Shown piece after piece: positions 17,288 through 26,233 of a stretch of DNA of 64,000 bases. Position numbers and translations under genes: made by a program. The notes under the pieces were generated by a model. The model saw nothing but the letters and a program-made list of their open reading frames with translations, had not been told where the DNA came from and made no database searches. The number at the start of each line of letters is the position of its first letter. Position 1 is the stretch's first letter. This DNA comes from Candidatus Uhrbacteria bacterium (GTDB lineage: Bacteria; Patescibacteriota; Patescibacteriia; UBA9934; UBA10169). Location of the stretch: contig JACPJO010000005.1 of the NCBI GenBank assembly GCA_016187485.1, forward strand, positions 7,499 through 71,498, read 5' to 3'.

Positions 17288-18454
17288 TTATTCGAGCGTC
17301 TCGAACGTTTTCTCGCCGGACACGGTGAGGTTGCCGCTTGCGTCCGCGCTTCCCACAACAAAGTGGTACGCCTTATCCGGCTGGAGACCGGTCACTTCCA
17401 CGTTGTGATAGAAGGAGAGCTCGGCTGAACGTTGTGCTGGAGCGCCACTTGTATCCACCGGAGAGGCGAGGCTGGCCCACACGCGGCTGTCGGATGCCTC
17501 GTTCGTTACCCAGATGATATGCGCGGAGGTGGCTGTCTTTGCGCTTACCGCCACGTAGACAATCTCCGGTCCGGTGGTGTCTTCCACGGGGGCCGGTCGT
17601 GTGTGGAATCGGTCTTCGCGCGTGCCAACATTTCCTGTCGCGTCAGCGCTCCCCATCACCACGTAGTATTGCGTGTCGGGCTCAAGCCCGGTCAACTCTA
17701 ATTGGTGAACGAACGCCAGCTCCACTTTCTGTACTGCTGGTGCCGCTTTTATGTCCACTGGGCTTGTTTTACTCACCCACACGCGACTGTCGGATGCCTC
17801 ATTTGTTACCCAGAACAAACGAGCCGATGTTGCCGTCCTTGCGTTGATCGCGGCATAGACGATGTTGGGAGCCGTCACATCTTTTACAGGCTCGCTCACC
17901 TTTGTGTGGAATGTCATGTTCTCTGTGTTGGATACATTGCCTGCGCGATCACGCGCTCCCACAAAGAACGAATAGGTGGTGTCAGGTGCCAGATTCGTGA
18001 GTTCTACCTGATGGCTCATGGACCATCCGTCGGCGGTCTTTACACGTATTGGGGATGTTGGATCGTTCGCCGCGCGGTAACTTACTGACCCGCGTGACAG
18101 TTCGTTTGTCTGCCAGCGAATGACGGCTGTCGAAACGTCGGCCTCGGCGACAACGTTGCTTATAACAGGCGCTGTCTTATCCTCCCGTTTCTCTCGATCG
18201 TCATCGTCGTCATTCAAACGATGCAGTATTTTTGCAATACCCGGCGGCAAACCTTTACCGTTTTCGAGCCGCTTCTGCACGCCTCGCGGAAGGACACCAT
18301 CCCTGAAGGGGACATCCCCATTCGCCTCCGCCCGTATCTCTACGGAAGCTTTGACCTCATCCTTCTCCCTCGTCTGGTCGTCACCGTGCGCAAACCCGCT
18401 TGTGGGGGGGAGAAGGAGTGCTGCGGCCAGAATACTTAGATAGATGTTTTTCAT
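17288..18454 (-). CDS. Secreted protein with three tandem ~95-aa beta-sandwich (FN3-like) repeats
   Basis: Signal peptide MKNIYLSILAAALLLPPTSGFA. The repeated units are RVWVSKTSPVD...ELTGLEPDTQYYVVMGSADATGN, ...ELTNLAPDTTYSFFVGARDRAGN and ...EVTGLQPDKAYHFVVGSADASGN. Confidence 0.6.
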   Translation of the reverse strand: MKNIYLSILAAALLLPPTSGFAHGDDQTREKDEVKASVEIRAEANGDVPFRDGVLPRGVQKRLENGKGLPPGIAKILHRLNDDDDDREKREDKTAPVISNVVAEADVSTAVIRWQTNELSRGSVSYRAANDPTSPIRVKTADGWSMSHQVELTNLAPDTTYSFFVGARDRAGNVSNTENMTFHTKVSEPVKDVTAPNIVYAAINARTATSARLFWVTNEASDSRVWVSKTSPVDIKAAPAVQKVELAFVHQLELTGLEPDTQYYVVMGSADATGNVGTREDRFHTRPAPVEDTTGPEIVYVAVSAKTATSAHIIWVTNEASDSRVWASLASPVDTSGAPAQRSAELSFYHNVEVTGLQPDKAYHFVVGSADASGNLTVSGEKTFETLE

Positions 18455-18530
18455 AGGGCAAATGAAACACTAGGGAATTAGTTCGACCTTTCCCTATACG
18501 ACGCCCTATGCGGAATTTTCTTACGCCCCC

Positions 18531-20057
18531 TTACAACCGATTAATAGCCTTTTTGAAGATTTCGGCGAGAGCGTGGATTTCCTCTATTGTTTCTGTTCCC
18601 GGACTTATGCGGATGAACGGGTTTGTGTCTTGTTCTGCGTGGAGAGCGGTCAAGTACACGCGTGTCGTGTTGAACCCAAAACTTGTTCCCGCAATGAGTG
18701 GCACATGCGCGCGCTTGGCCTCTTCTATAGCGAGACGAAGGAATTTCTTATACTGCTCAACAGTTTGTTGGCCAGGTTTCCACACGAGAACAAAGAAAGC
18801 TCCCTTGAAGGGCCGTGTTCCCATCCATGCATATGCAGGGTGTGCGGGGAGTCCAGGATATACAACGTGCGAGAGGGGGGAGTTCGTCTGTGTCTCGAGA
18901 TGCTTATCAAGAGTGTGCGCCAGCATCTCTGCATTGCGGCTGATACGCCCTAGTCGTTTTACGAGGAGTCCCTTGTTTGGCTCCGCAAGCGCTCGCGCCG
19001 AGGCGTCGGGGAGATTTGTGCCGAGGTGGACGCGCGCGGAAAAAAGTCCAGATACGTATGGCCCCACGCTCCAGATGATGCCGCCGGTAACGCGATCAAA
19101 ACCGAATTGATAAAACTTGTTGAGGCTTTCCACGACGATCAAGCGGAGGTTTGTGAAGAGAACCGGGAAGTCTTGCAATGGTTGATACATCACGCCCGCC
19201 GCGCTGTTGTCGAGCACGATAAAAGTTGGACGTTTGACAGCCTTTGCTAAGCGAGGGATGAGGGCAGAAAAGTCTGGCGCGGCAACGCGTTCGGTGTTGC
19301 AAATCGTGTCCAGGAAAATGGCTGCCGGAGCGTGCTCTTCGACGGCTCTTAGGACGGCATCCGTGTCCATCTCGTCCACAAAGTGCATAAGGCCGCTGAA
19401 CGTCTTTCGGAGAATACCTTTATTTTCAAAATAGCTTTCCCGCCCCACAAGTACGGGAGAGGTTATGGCGCCTGTCTGCACGAGGTAATTTACTACGGTG
19501 GTAAAAGCCGCCATTCCGCTTGAGGTCGCGTAGGCATGCGGCGTGAGGTGGAGCGGGGCTTCGATATACTCCTTCACGAACCGCTCCTCATAACCGGCTG
19601 CGTCAAGATTTTGATCGCGCTTGTAGTCGTTGATCGTGCCGGTGATTTTCCCCGTTTGCATTCCTGCCTCGGAGAAGAGCGCGTGCATGAACGAAGGGGA
19701 TTGCCAATCGGCGGAGCACAAAAGAGCGCCCCGCAAACCCGCCAACGCACGAAGCTCGTGCATCGTACGGCATTTTTTCTGTATCAACGAGGAAGTATCC
19801 TGCCCATCGTGTTTTCTCCGAAGTTCACGCCGAAGGCCACTCTCAATTTCCTGGTAACGTTTTTCGTACCCCTTACCGGTTTCAAAGAGCAGAGGCCGTA
19901 TGTGATCCTGCACAAACTCCGGATGCCGGCGAAGGTCTTTCAAAAACTTCTCCAGCGACTGTTTGCCGGAGCGGGCCAAAAAGAGTAACTCCTCGAAATC
20001 TTGGGCCAGGTCGACGCGAGTTTCCGCTATCATAAGGGTTCCGTGATTGTACACCAT
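18531..20057 (-). CDS. PLP-dependent enzyme of the Cys/Met-metabolism (cystathionine gamma-synthase/lyase) family, with ~150-aa N-terminal extension
   Basis: The C-terminal two-thirds show VVESLNKFYQFGFDRVTGG, which is the family PLP-lysine region (cf. ESLTKY..GHSD..GG), and a RISPGTETIEEI terminal motif. Confidence 0.55.
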   Translation of the reverse strand: MVYNHGTLMIAETRVDLAQDFEELLFLARSGKQSLEKFLKDLRRHPEFVQDHIRPLLFETGKGYEKRYQEIESGLRRELRRKHDGQDTSSLIQKKCRTMHELRALAGLRGALLCSADWQSPSFMHALFSEAGMQTGKITGTINDYKRDQNLDAAGYEERFVKEYIEAPLHLTPHAYATSSGMAAFTTVVNYLVQTGAITSPVLVGRESYFENKGILRKTFSGLMHFVDEMDTDAVLRAVEEHAPAAIFLDTICNTERVAAPDFSALIPRLAKAVKRPTFIVLDNSAAGVMYQPLQDFPVLFTNLRLIVVESLNKFYQFGFDRVTGGIIWSVGPYVSGLFSARVHLGTNLPDASARALAEPNKGLLVKRLGRISRNAEMLAHTLDKHLETQTNSPLSHVVYPGLPAHPAYAWMGTRPFKGAFFVLVWKPGQQTVEQYKKFLRLAIEEAKRAHVPLIAGTSFGFNTTRVYLTALHAEQDTNPFIRISPGTETIEEIHALAEIFKKAINRL

Positions 20058-20073
20058 CTGTTATGATTCCCTC

Positions 20074-20961
20074 ATGTTTTTAGACCTATTTCAAAAAAAT
20101 CCCCGTGTTTTCACTCTCGCGGGAAAGCCAGGCGGAAAGACGCTTCTTGTGACGGCGGGAATGGATGGAGATGAGTATGCGGGGATGGAAGCTGCACGCC
20201 GTCTCGTGCAGGAATTTTACTCGGGAGGTTTTTCCGGCCGTCTCGTTGTTATCCCTATCATGAATAGGGCAGGATTCTGGGCCGAGTGCAGCCACAATCC
20301 AGAGGATGACAAGTTTCCGAAGTTCATGTTTCCGGGCCGGGCAAACGGCACACCAACCGAGCGGCTCATCCATTGGCTTGTAGATGGTCCCCTCAAGCAG
20401 GCGGACGTGTGGTATGACATGCACGGCGCGGCGCTTACCGAGGGGCTTCGGCCGTTCGTGTGGCTCCATCGTACGGGAGAGCGGGATGTCGATGTGCTGG
20501 CGCAACAGTTTATCCGGCACGTGAGGGCGGAGGTAGTGATGTTTGAGGAAACGGTGTGGCCATGCAAAGCGAAGACGCTGGCGCGGCAGGGCAAGATGTA
20601 TGTCGTGGCGGAGTCAGGGAGTCGCACAAGCAATGGAGAGGACGACGTGGCGCGCCATCTTGATTGGGCGCACACGATGATGGGGACGCTTGGGATGATC
20701 GAAGCACCATCGGCAGAAAAGACAGAGAAGGTCGTGTTACGCTCCTGCGTCATGTATCACGCTCCTTGTGACGGAAGATGGCTTCCCCGACAGGGGGTGA
20801 CACACGTTTCTCGCGGAAGTATTCTTGGACATCATTCCCCTCTGGACGGATCTCGCACCTCTCCCGTGTGTGCACTCTCTGATGGCGTACCTCTGTGGTG
20901 GAAAGAGACGCCGGCGATGCGCAAAGGCGATATCCTCTTTGCTATAGGGAAAAGTGCTTGA
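20074..20961 (+). CDS. Succinylglutamate desuccinylase/aspartoacylase (AstE/AspA) family zinc hydrolase
   Basis: VTAGMDGDEYAGMEA matches the family G-x-HG/DG-D/NE-x-x-G zinc-binding motif. The gene is divergent from the PLP enzyme gene. Alternative start at 20047. Confidence 0.55.
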   Translation: MFLDLFQKNPRVFTLAGKPGGKTLLVTAGMDGDEYAGMEAARRLVQEFYSGGFSGRLVVIPIMNRAGFWAECSHNPEDDKFPKFMFPGRANGTPTERLIHWLVDGPLKQADVWYDMHGAALTEGLRPFVWLHRTGERDVDVLAQQFIRHVRAEVVMFEETVWPCKAKTLARQGKMYVVAESGSRTSNGEDDVARHLDWAHTMMGTLGMIEAPSAEKTEKVVLRSCVMYHAPCDGRWLPRQGVTHVSRGSILGHHSPLDGSRTSPVCALSDGVPLWWKETPAMRKGDILFAIGKSA

Positions 20962-21178
20962 AGATGGGTTATACTATTTTTCTATGACACACAGAATGTT
21001 TTTTCACGTGAGCGAAGCGGTCTTTGCGCTCGTGGCGCTTCTGCACCTTTTGCGGCTTGTGTATGGTTGGAGCGCGCAGATTGGTGGGTGGCAAGTGCCA
21101 ATGTGGGCAAGCGTTGTGGCCCTTGTGGCCGCAGGCTTCTTAGCGCTCTCTGCCCGCAATCTTGGACGGAGGCCATAG
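20954..21178 (+). CDS. Small two-helix membrane protein (hypothetical)
   Basis: Hydrophobic stretches AVFALVALLHLL and MWASVVALVAAGFLAL. The true start may be the internal Met (MTHRMFF). Confidence 0.35.
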   Translation: MLEDGLYYFSMTHRMFFHVSEAVFALVALLHLLRLVYGWSAQIGGWQVPMWASVVALVAAGFLALSARNLGRRP

Positions 21179-21258
21179 GGTTGCAGGGAAAGAGGGAGAA
21201 AGGTAGGATCACTCGGGGCGGGAGACCCACCACACAAGGAGACAGAACGGGGGCATTT

Positions 21259-21648
21259 ATGCGACGATTGCGTTCGCCCGATGCCTACGCCACGGTGTGG
21301 GCTATCTTGGAACGGCGCGGGTTCTGCGTGCCGAAGCAACCGGCGCCCAAGAGCCGCGTCTTCGGGGACGTTGGGCTTGATGGCTACGACTTCATGCTCA
21401 TTGTGAGCGAGGTCGAAAGCACGCTTGGCATCCACGTGGACACGGATTGGCTTCTTGACCGTCCGCCCCGCGTGGAGGTTGCCGCGTACCTCAAGCGGCT
21501 GCACTTGGAGAACGTGGCCATCAACGGCTACGATGCTTCCAACCCGAAGGCTCTGCGGAATCTTGTGATGGGGCATATGACGCTCGCAAGCTTCGTGGCA
21601 ACCATCCGGGACGCCGTGGAGCGACCCGCCGTGATTCACATTAAGTGA
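21259..21648 (+). CDS. Hypothetical protein with acyl/peptidyl carrier protein-like helix bundle motif lacking the usual Ser
   Basis: DVGLDGYDFMLIVSEVESTLGIHVDTDWLL parallels the ACP motif D-L-G-x-D-S-L-D-x-V-E-L-V...E-F-G-I, but with Gly in place of the phosphopantetheinyl Ser. The ATG at 21259 lies inside a longer track ORF. The antisense ORF looks artefactual. Confidence 0.35.
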   Translation: MRRLRSPDAYATVWAILERRGFCVPKQPAPKSRVFGDVGLDGYDFMLIVSEVESTLGIHVDTDWLLDRPPRVEVAAYLKRLHLENVAINGYDASNPKALRNLVMGHMTLASFVATIRDAVERPAVIHIK

Positions 21649-21708
21649 TCTTCTTCGCTCCGCGCTCCCTCGGAGCGTTTCTCTTTTTTATGGGCGGGAG
21701 CTATACTT

Positions 21709-22626
21709 TTGGCGTATGCGCACACGTTTTGCCTTTGTCCTCTGTCTTATCCTCCTGCTTGTTGTGCTTTACGTTTTTGCAGGGACCCGACTGTGAGCAT
21801 TTGTTACCGATCCAATGCGGATTTTCTCCGGCGAGATATAGGGGAGGGGGGGCGTTTTTATTTTGTGGGAACAGAGGAGGCGCCGGGAGTCCGCGCGGCT
21901 TTTGGTCCCATTGTGCGTGAGGAGTACGAGGGAGATAACGAACCAATGATCGAGGAAGGTCCATTTCGTCCTATTTCATGGAGGACGCATATGCATGCGA
22001 GGGTTCCTGCCGGGTGGCGAAAAGGGCGCATCGCTCCCATTATCCGCCGGCACGGTTTTGTGGATGTGCAAGAAGTGGGAGACTGCCGTGACCGATATTG
22101 GAGTGCGCAGGCGAAGCGCCATGAGCGAGCGTGGATGAAAGAGCAGAGGGAATGGCAGATGGTCGAGCCGACCCTTGAAGAGTTTATTGCCGGCATGCGT
22201 GCGACGGATAAAGATATACTTTTCAAAGCGATGTTTATTGATTCGCTTCGGCGGATCGCACGTGGACATGGGGGTTTGCTTCACCTTCGGGCGCTCCGGC
22301 GCGCAGACGGGCCCCTTGAGGTTGGGCTTGCGACGGTGGATGTTCCCGAATGCCGCCTCTCCTTCCACCACATTGCCTTCACGCTTCCAAGCGCACGCGC
22401 ATCTTCAGCGGGCACCGGGCTTATTATGGAGTGGTTTGACCGCGCAATGGCCCAGAAACTCCACGCTCTTCACTTCGGTGTTTTCTGGGCGCCTGGTTCG
22501 CCAAAAGATTGGAAAGGATTTTCTCGATTCAAGGCACAGTTCGGTGTGCAGATGATGGATTTACCGCATCCACTCGTGCGTTGGGCGGGGCGCATGCGAG
22601 AAAACATTCAACGTTTGTATGTCTGA
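21709..22626 (+). CDS. FemAB-like/GNAT-fold (Acetyltransf_6-like) protein, paralog 1 (tentative)
   Basis: Paralogous to the next ORF over about 250 aa (e.g. YFVGTEEAPG / YQFVGRPGAYG, and LEVGLATVDVPE / LEAGLGVFDVPE). The pattern G-x-G-L-x-x-W-F...L-x-F-D-F-G resembles FemAB/BioF2-like GNATs. The N-terminal 28 aa look non-proteinaceous, and a GTG at 21793 is an alternative start. Confidence 0.4.
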   Translation: MAYAHTFCLCPLSYPPACCALRFCRDPTVSICYRSNADFLRRDIGEGGRFYFVGTEEAPGVRAAFGPIVREEYEGDNEPMIEEGPFRPISWRTHMHARVPAGWRKGRIAPIIRRHGFVDVQEVGDCRDRYWSAQAKRHERAWMKEQREWQMVEPTLEEFIAGMRATDKDILFKAMFIDSLRRIARGHGGLLHLRALRRADGPLEVGLATVDVPECRLSFHHIAFTLPSARASSAGTGLIMEWFDRAMAQKLHALHFGVFWAPGSPKDWKGFSRFKAQFGVQMMDLPHPLVRWAGRMRENIQRLYV

Positions 22627-23488
22627 CCACCTATGGTACGAGGGGGAGTTGGGAAAAACTATTTGTGTGGGGGCGGCGCTTCCAGATGGTTATAGGCGAT
22701 ATACACAGAGCGAGGCATACATACGGCGGGAGTGTACCGCGAAAAAGCATTATCAATTTGTCGGACGGCCGGGGGCTTATGGAGCTCGGTGGCGGTACGG
22801 GCCTGTGGCATTTGAAAAATATGTCGCGGATGAGGAACCGTACATAGAACGGCGAGGCTGGCCGCGCAAAATCATTTGGCAGAGAATATGTTCCAACGAG
22901 CAGCCAAGCGGGTGGAAGCTATCAGAAACGTGGACAGTTCCTCGACTCACGGGGTTTGTCGAACTTGATTCTGGGGACATGACGAGAACATGGAGCGCGC
23001 ACGCCCGCCGGCATCTCAAAACTTTTCACGCGGCCAGTACCTGGCGTCTTGAGCCGGTCACGTACGCAGAGTTTCTTCATTCGTATCGCAAAACGGATAA
23101 GCCGTACTTCATCAAGCGTCTTTTCACACACGTGCTTCGCGAGAAGATTCAAGCGCACGGCGTGCACGTGCGCCTGTTCGGAGCTCGACTTGACCGTCCA
23201 GGTGCTCCGCTTGAGGCAGGGCTCGGTGTCTTTGATGTTCCAGAGATCGGGCAATCCGTGCACCTCCTTTCGTTCATCCATCCGCGGGCGAAAATGGATT
23301 CCGTCGGTTTTGGCCTCATGGAGCGCTGGTTTTTAGAATCTCTCAACAAATCCATGAAGTTCTTGGACTTCGACACGTTTTGGGCCCCAAAAGATCCTGT
23401 CATGTGGCGCGGGTTTTCAGCCTTTAAGTCCCAGTTCGGGACACGGTTCATCCTCCACCCCCCTGCCCTTACTCGCTGGTCCTTCTAG
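22619..23488 (+). CDS. FemAB-like/GNAT-fold protein, paralog 2 (tentative)
   Basis: ATGTCTGA start/stop overlap with paralog 1, implying translational coupling. The family pattern GFGLMERWFLESLNKSMKFLDFDTFW is present. Confidence 0.4.
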   Translation: MSDHLWYEGELGKTICVGAALPDGYRRYTQSEAYIRRECTAKKHYQFVGRPGAYGARWRYGPVAFEKYVADEEPYIERRGWPRKIIWQRICSNEQPSGWKLSETWTVPRLTGFVELDSGDMTRTWSAHARRHLKTFHAASTWRLEPVTYAEFLHSYRKTDKPYFIKRLFTHVLREKIQAHGVHVRLFGARLDRPGAPLEAGLGVFDVPEIGQSVHLLSFIHPRAKMDSVGFGLMERWFLESLNKSMKFLDFDTFWAPKDPVMWRGFSAFKSQFGTRFILHPPALTRWSF

Positions 23489-23638
23489 GGGTCAGACCCC
23501 GGCGGGCTTGCAATTTTTAGGGATTTGTGATACTCTCCTTCCAAGTCTGTGACAGTTCCCTTGGCTAGCAAGTGCGTAACTTGAGTTAAGTGCGAGCAGG
23601 AAAGGTCGTGCACGGGCATTATTCAGTGAAATTTTCTT

Positions 23639-23908
23639 ATGGAACAAAACAAGTTGTTCGTGGGAAACCTCCCGTACCAAGCCACCGATGAATCGCTCAA
23701 GGCGCACTTCTCGCAAGCTGGTAACGTGCTTGAGGCCACCATCCTTACGGACCGCGAAACAGGACGTTCTCGCGGATTCGGATTCGTTGTCATGGAAACA
23801 GATGCGGCGGCTCAAAAGGCCATCCAAATGTTTGACCAGCAAGACTTCGATGGACGCCAGCTGCGTGTGAACGTGGCTCGTCCGAAGGAAGAGCGCGCCC
23901 GCTTCTAA
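23639..23908 (+). CDS. RRM-type RNA-binding protein
   Basis: RNP-2 is LFVGNL and RNP-1 is RGFGFVVM. Confidence 0.85.
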   Translation: MEQNKLFVGNLPYQATDESLKAHFSQAGNVLEATILTDRETGRSRGFGFVVMETDAAAQKAIQMFDQQDFDGRQLRVNVARPKEERARF

Positions 23909-23949
23909 GCGTGTGCACACAAAAAAGAGGCTTCTGCCTCTTTTTTGTT

Positions 23950-24342
23950 TTATGGCGTAAGAGTTTCTTCTATACTCTCAATCAAAATGACAGGGGAGAG
24001 AGTGATAACGGCTTTTACTCCACGCACGATGTCTCCGCTTGTGAGCGTAACCAGCGCGCTTGTTTGTCCGGGGGCGGGGGCCGAAAGGGCCACCGTGCAT
24101 GTGGCCGCGTTTGTGTAGACGGTTGGATTATTCCATGCGGGGTCTGCAGAGAGTTGTATGAACACCTCATCCAGACATCCAAAAAGCGCGGTGCGTGTTT
24201 CAAGTGCTTGCCGCTGTTCATAAGAGCCCGCGATGCTCTCGATCCCTGTTTGGCTCAAGAGCACGAGGGCGGCAACACTCACCATACCCATGATGAGGAG
24301 CGGGAGAATAAGCACGATGCCTTTGGGGGACTGAGATTTCAT
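23950..24342 (-). CDS. Pseudopilin-like protein (type IV pilus minor component, tentative)
   Basis: N-terminal hydrophobic helix (IVLILPLLIMGMVSVAALVLL), with size and context within the pilus operon. Confidence 0.4.
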   Translation of the reverse strand: MKSQSPKGIVLILPLLIMGMVSVAALVLLSQTGIESIAGSYEQRQALETRTALFGCLDEVFIQLSADPAWNNPTVYTNAATCTVALSAPAPGQTSALVTLTSGDIVRGVKAVITLSPVILIESIEETLTP

Positions 24343-24947
24343 AAAACAATGAGAGAGGGCGGGAGAGCGATCGCCGTTTGAGAATCGAACGAGGCACTGC
24401 GCGTTGTCGCGTTAGGTGCCAACATGAAGGCCTCCAGGTAAATATTTACGCCACGAAGAACAGCAAGCGAGTCGTATACGGGATCAAATCGAAATTTTGT
24501 CACGTTAATCGTGTTGGCGCTTACCCACACAGAAGGAGCTGCATCTATCTGAATTTGCAGTCGGTTGATCGCGTGTGTACTTCCGCCAAACGTGACGGTT
24601 GTCGACGCCAAGCGTATGGTGACCGTCTCTAGCGCGGGGTTTTGGTACACGAGTACTCCGTTGTCGTTCCCGAATGTTGACGATGTGGCCAACAGCGTCG
24701 GCGCTTCCGTCAACTGGGTGTGAAGATGCGAGAGTATGAGAGCCGCGGTCTGCTCCATAGTGGCGCGCGAGCGGTACGCCTCTGCCGCGTGGGTGATCGT
24801 TAAAAAAACTTTTACACCCGCCGGCACGATGATCATGAATGCGGCAATGTAGAGCACGACTTCAAGCAGAGTGAGACCTTTGGGAGCACGCATATTAATC
24901 TGGGATAAACGGATCGCTTGTGAGCGTGGACCCATCACCAAAGACAA
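24339..24947 (-). CDS. Prepilin-type N-terminal domain protein (minor pilin)
   Basis: GLTLLEVVLYIAAFMII is a prepilin cleavage/methylation-type N-terminus. Confidence 0.5.
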   Translation of the reverse strand: MSLVMGPRSQAIRLSQINMRAPKGLTLLEVVLYIAAFMIIVPAGVKVFLTITHAAEAYRSRATMEQTAALILSHLHTQLTEAPTLLATSSTFGNDNGVLVYQNPALETVTIRLASTTVTFGGSTHAINRLQIQIDAAPSVWVSANTINVTKFRFDPVYDSLAVLRGVNIYLEAFMLAPNATTRSASFDSQTAIALPPSLIVL

Positions 24948-25797
24948 GCGTAAGTGTTACTACCGTTCCCTCCATGTTATCGGCAAACTGTGCTTTATTC
25001 ATTTCATCCCTATCGCTTGGGGAAAGCGTGTAGTCGGCAATATTGAGGGTCGTTCCTGTCAGTTGCGGCCCAGGTGGCGTTCCCGGCCCCGTGTCTGACC
25101 AAACTTTCACCGATTCGATAAATACTTGACTTATGGTGCTTGCGTTTGTCCATGTGAAGATTATTTTATCAATGACGACGTCTGCGCCTCCGGTATTTTC
25201 GATCTCGATTTCACGCAACTGCTTTCCTCCAAACCACTCCGCCTCACTCACATCCAAAATGACCGAGCTTGATTGTTCATTGAGAAAACAGGGGTTTGTC
25301 GGCGTTTGATAGCGCGTGCGAATGGCAGAGTGAGAGACTGTCTGTACGCGTCCAGCGGTGTCGGTCCAGTTGGTCGTTGCCTCGACATCCTTGCTGTCCG
25401 GATCCACCGTCCCGCCAGTGGGAACCACTAAACAGTTGCTATCGCGCTCAACTTCGGTGACGCTCACGCTTCGAGAAAATCCCCCGGGGAGACTCTCTGG
25501 TCCGCCCGCGGCGACACTCCACGAAGTGCCATTCCACACAACGATGCCGGGGTTGGTGATGGGGAGATCATCAAACCGAATCGTCTTCATAGCCTCGATT
25601 CCCTCCATTGTTCTCCACAGCGCTTCTTGTGCAATGAGGGCCGACCCGGTTTCTTGGTTGACTGTTACGGCAAGTCCGGCGGCTGCCCCAAAAAAAGTGA
25701 TGAGTATCGCTGCCGCAAGGACAGCTTCGAGGAGGATGGACCCACGTTCATTGTACTGCCATGCCGGTTTCGGAAATAGAAATGACATACGTCGCAT
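24895..25797 (-). CDS. Minor pilin-like protein (PilX/PilW-like, tentative)
   Basis: N-terminal GSILLEAVLAAAILITFFG helix followed by a large beta-rich domain. Confidence 0.45.
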   Translation of the reverse strand: MRRMSFLFPKPAWQYNERGSILLEAVLAAAILITFFGAAAGLAVTVNQETGSALIAQEALWRTMEGIEAMKTIRFDDLPITNPGIVVWNGTSWSVAAGGPESLPGGFSRSVSVTEVERDSNCLVVPTGGTVDPDSKDVEATTNWTDTAGRVQTVSHSAIRTRYQTPTNPCFLNEQSSSVILDVSEAEWFGGKQLREIEIENTGGADVVIDKIIFTWTNASTISQVFIESVKVWSDTGPGTPPGPQLTGTTLNIADYTLSPSDRDEMNKAQFADNMEGTVVTLTLVFGDGSTLTSDPFIPD

Positions 25798-26233
25798 CTT
25801 TATAGTCTATCGCAATGGAGCCATATTGACTTGTTTCTCCGTCAAACAGTCCGAAGGCAATTTCATGATCATTCCCGCTAGAAGGGCCTCCGCCGCTCAG
25901 GGTGACGGAGGAGAAGTGTGCATCTTTCTCGAAAGGCGACACAATATCTTTTGTTGTGTCGCGTAGGGCATAGCTTGTTCCGGCGAAGAGCACCACCTCT
26001 GTTGCCGATCGTGTCACTTCGTTGTAGGGGAGATACACACCCCACGGAAGGCCACTCATGCCGTCTCGCGCACGGCGAGCGGAAGTGCGCAACAAACTTT
26101 CCACGCGCAGAGCTGGCTCATCGCTGTCCGTAGCAAACAGGGAAGGAAGCGCCGCTGTTGCGGCAGTGACCAGGAGCGCAAACAGACCGATGACGAGAAT
26201 AAGTTCCAACAGCGTGAAGCCCCGGCGCATCAT
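25748..26233 (-). CDS. Prepilin-type N-terminal cleavage/methylation domain protein (pseudopilin)
   Basis: RGFTLLELILVIGLFALLV is a canonical G-F-T-L-x-E prepilin signal. Confidence 0.6.
   Translation of the reverse strand: MMRRGFTLLELILVIGLFALLVTAATAALPSLFATDSDEPALRVESLLRTSARRARDGMSGLPWGVYLPYNEVTRSATEVVLFAGTSYALRDTTKDIVSPFEKDAHFSSVTLSGGGPSSGNDHEIAFGLFDGETSQYGSIAIDYKDATYVISISETGMAVQ

Noticed and set aside
21004-21639. 211-aa minus-strand ORF
   Set aside because: His/Arg/Pro-rich composition with no motif. The opposite-strand 21259..21648 ORF has a coherent carrier-protein-like helical pattern.
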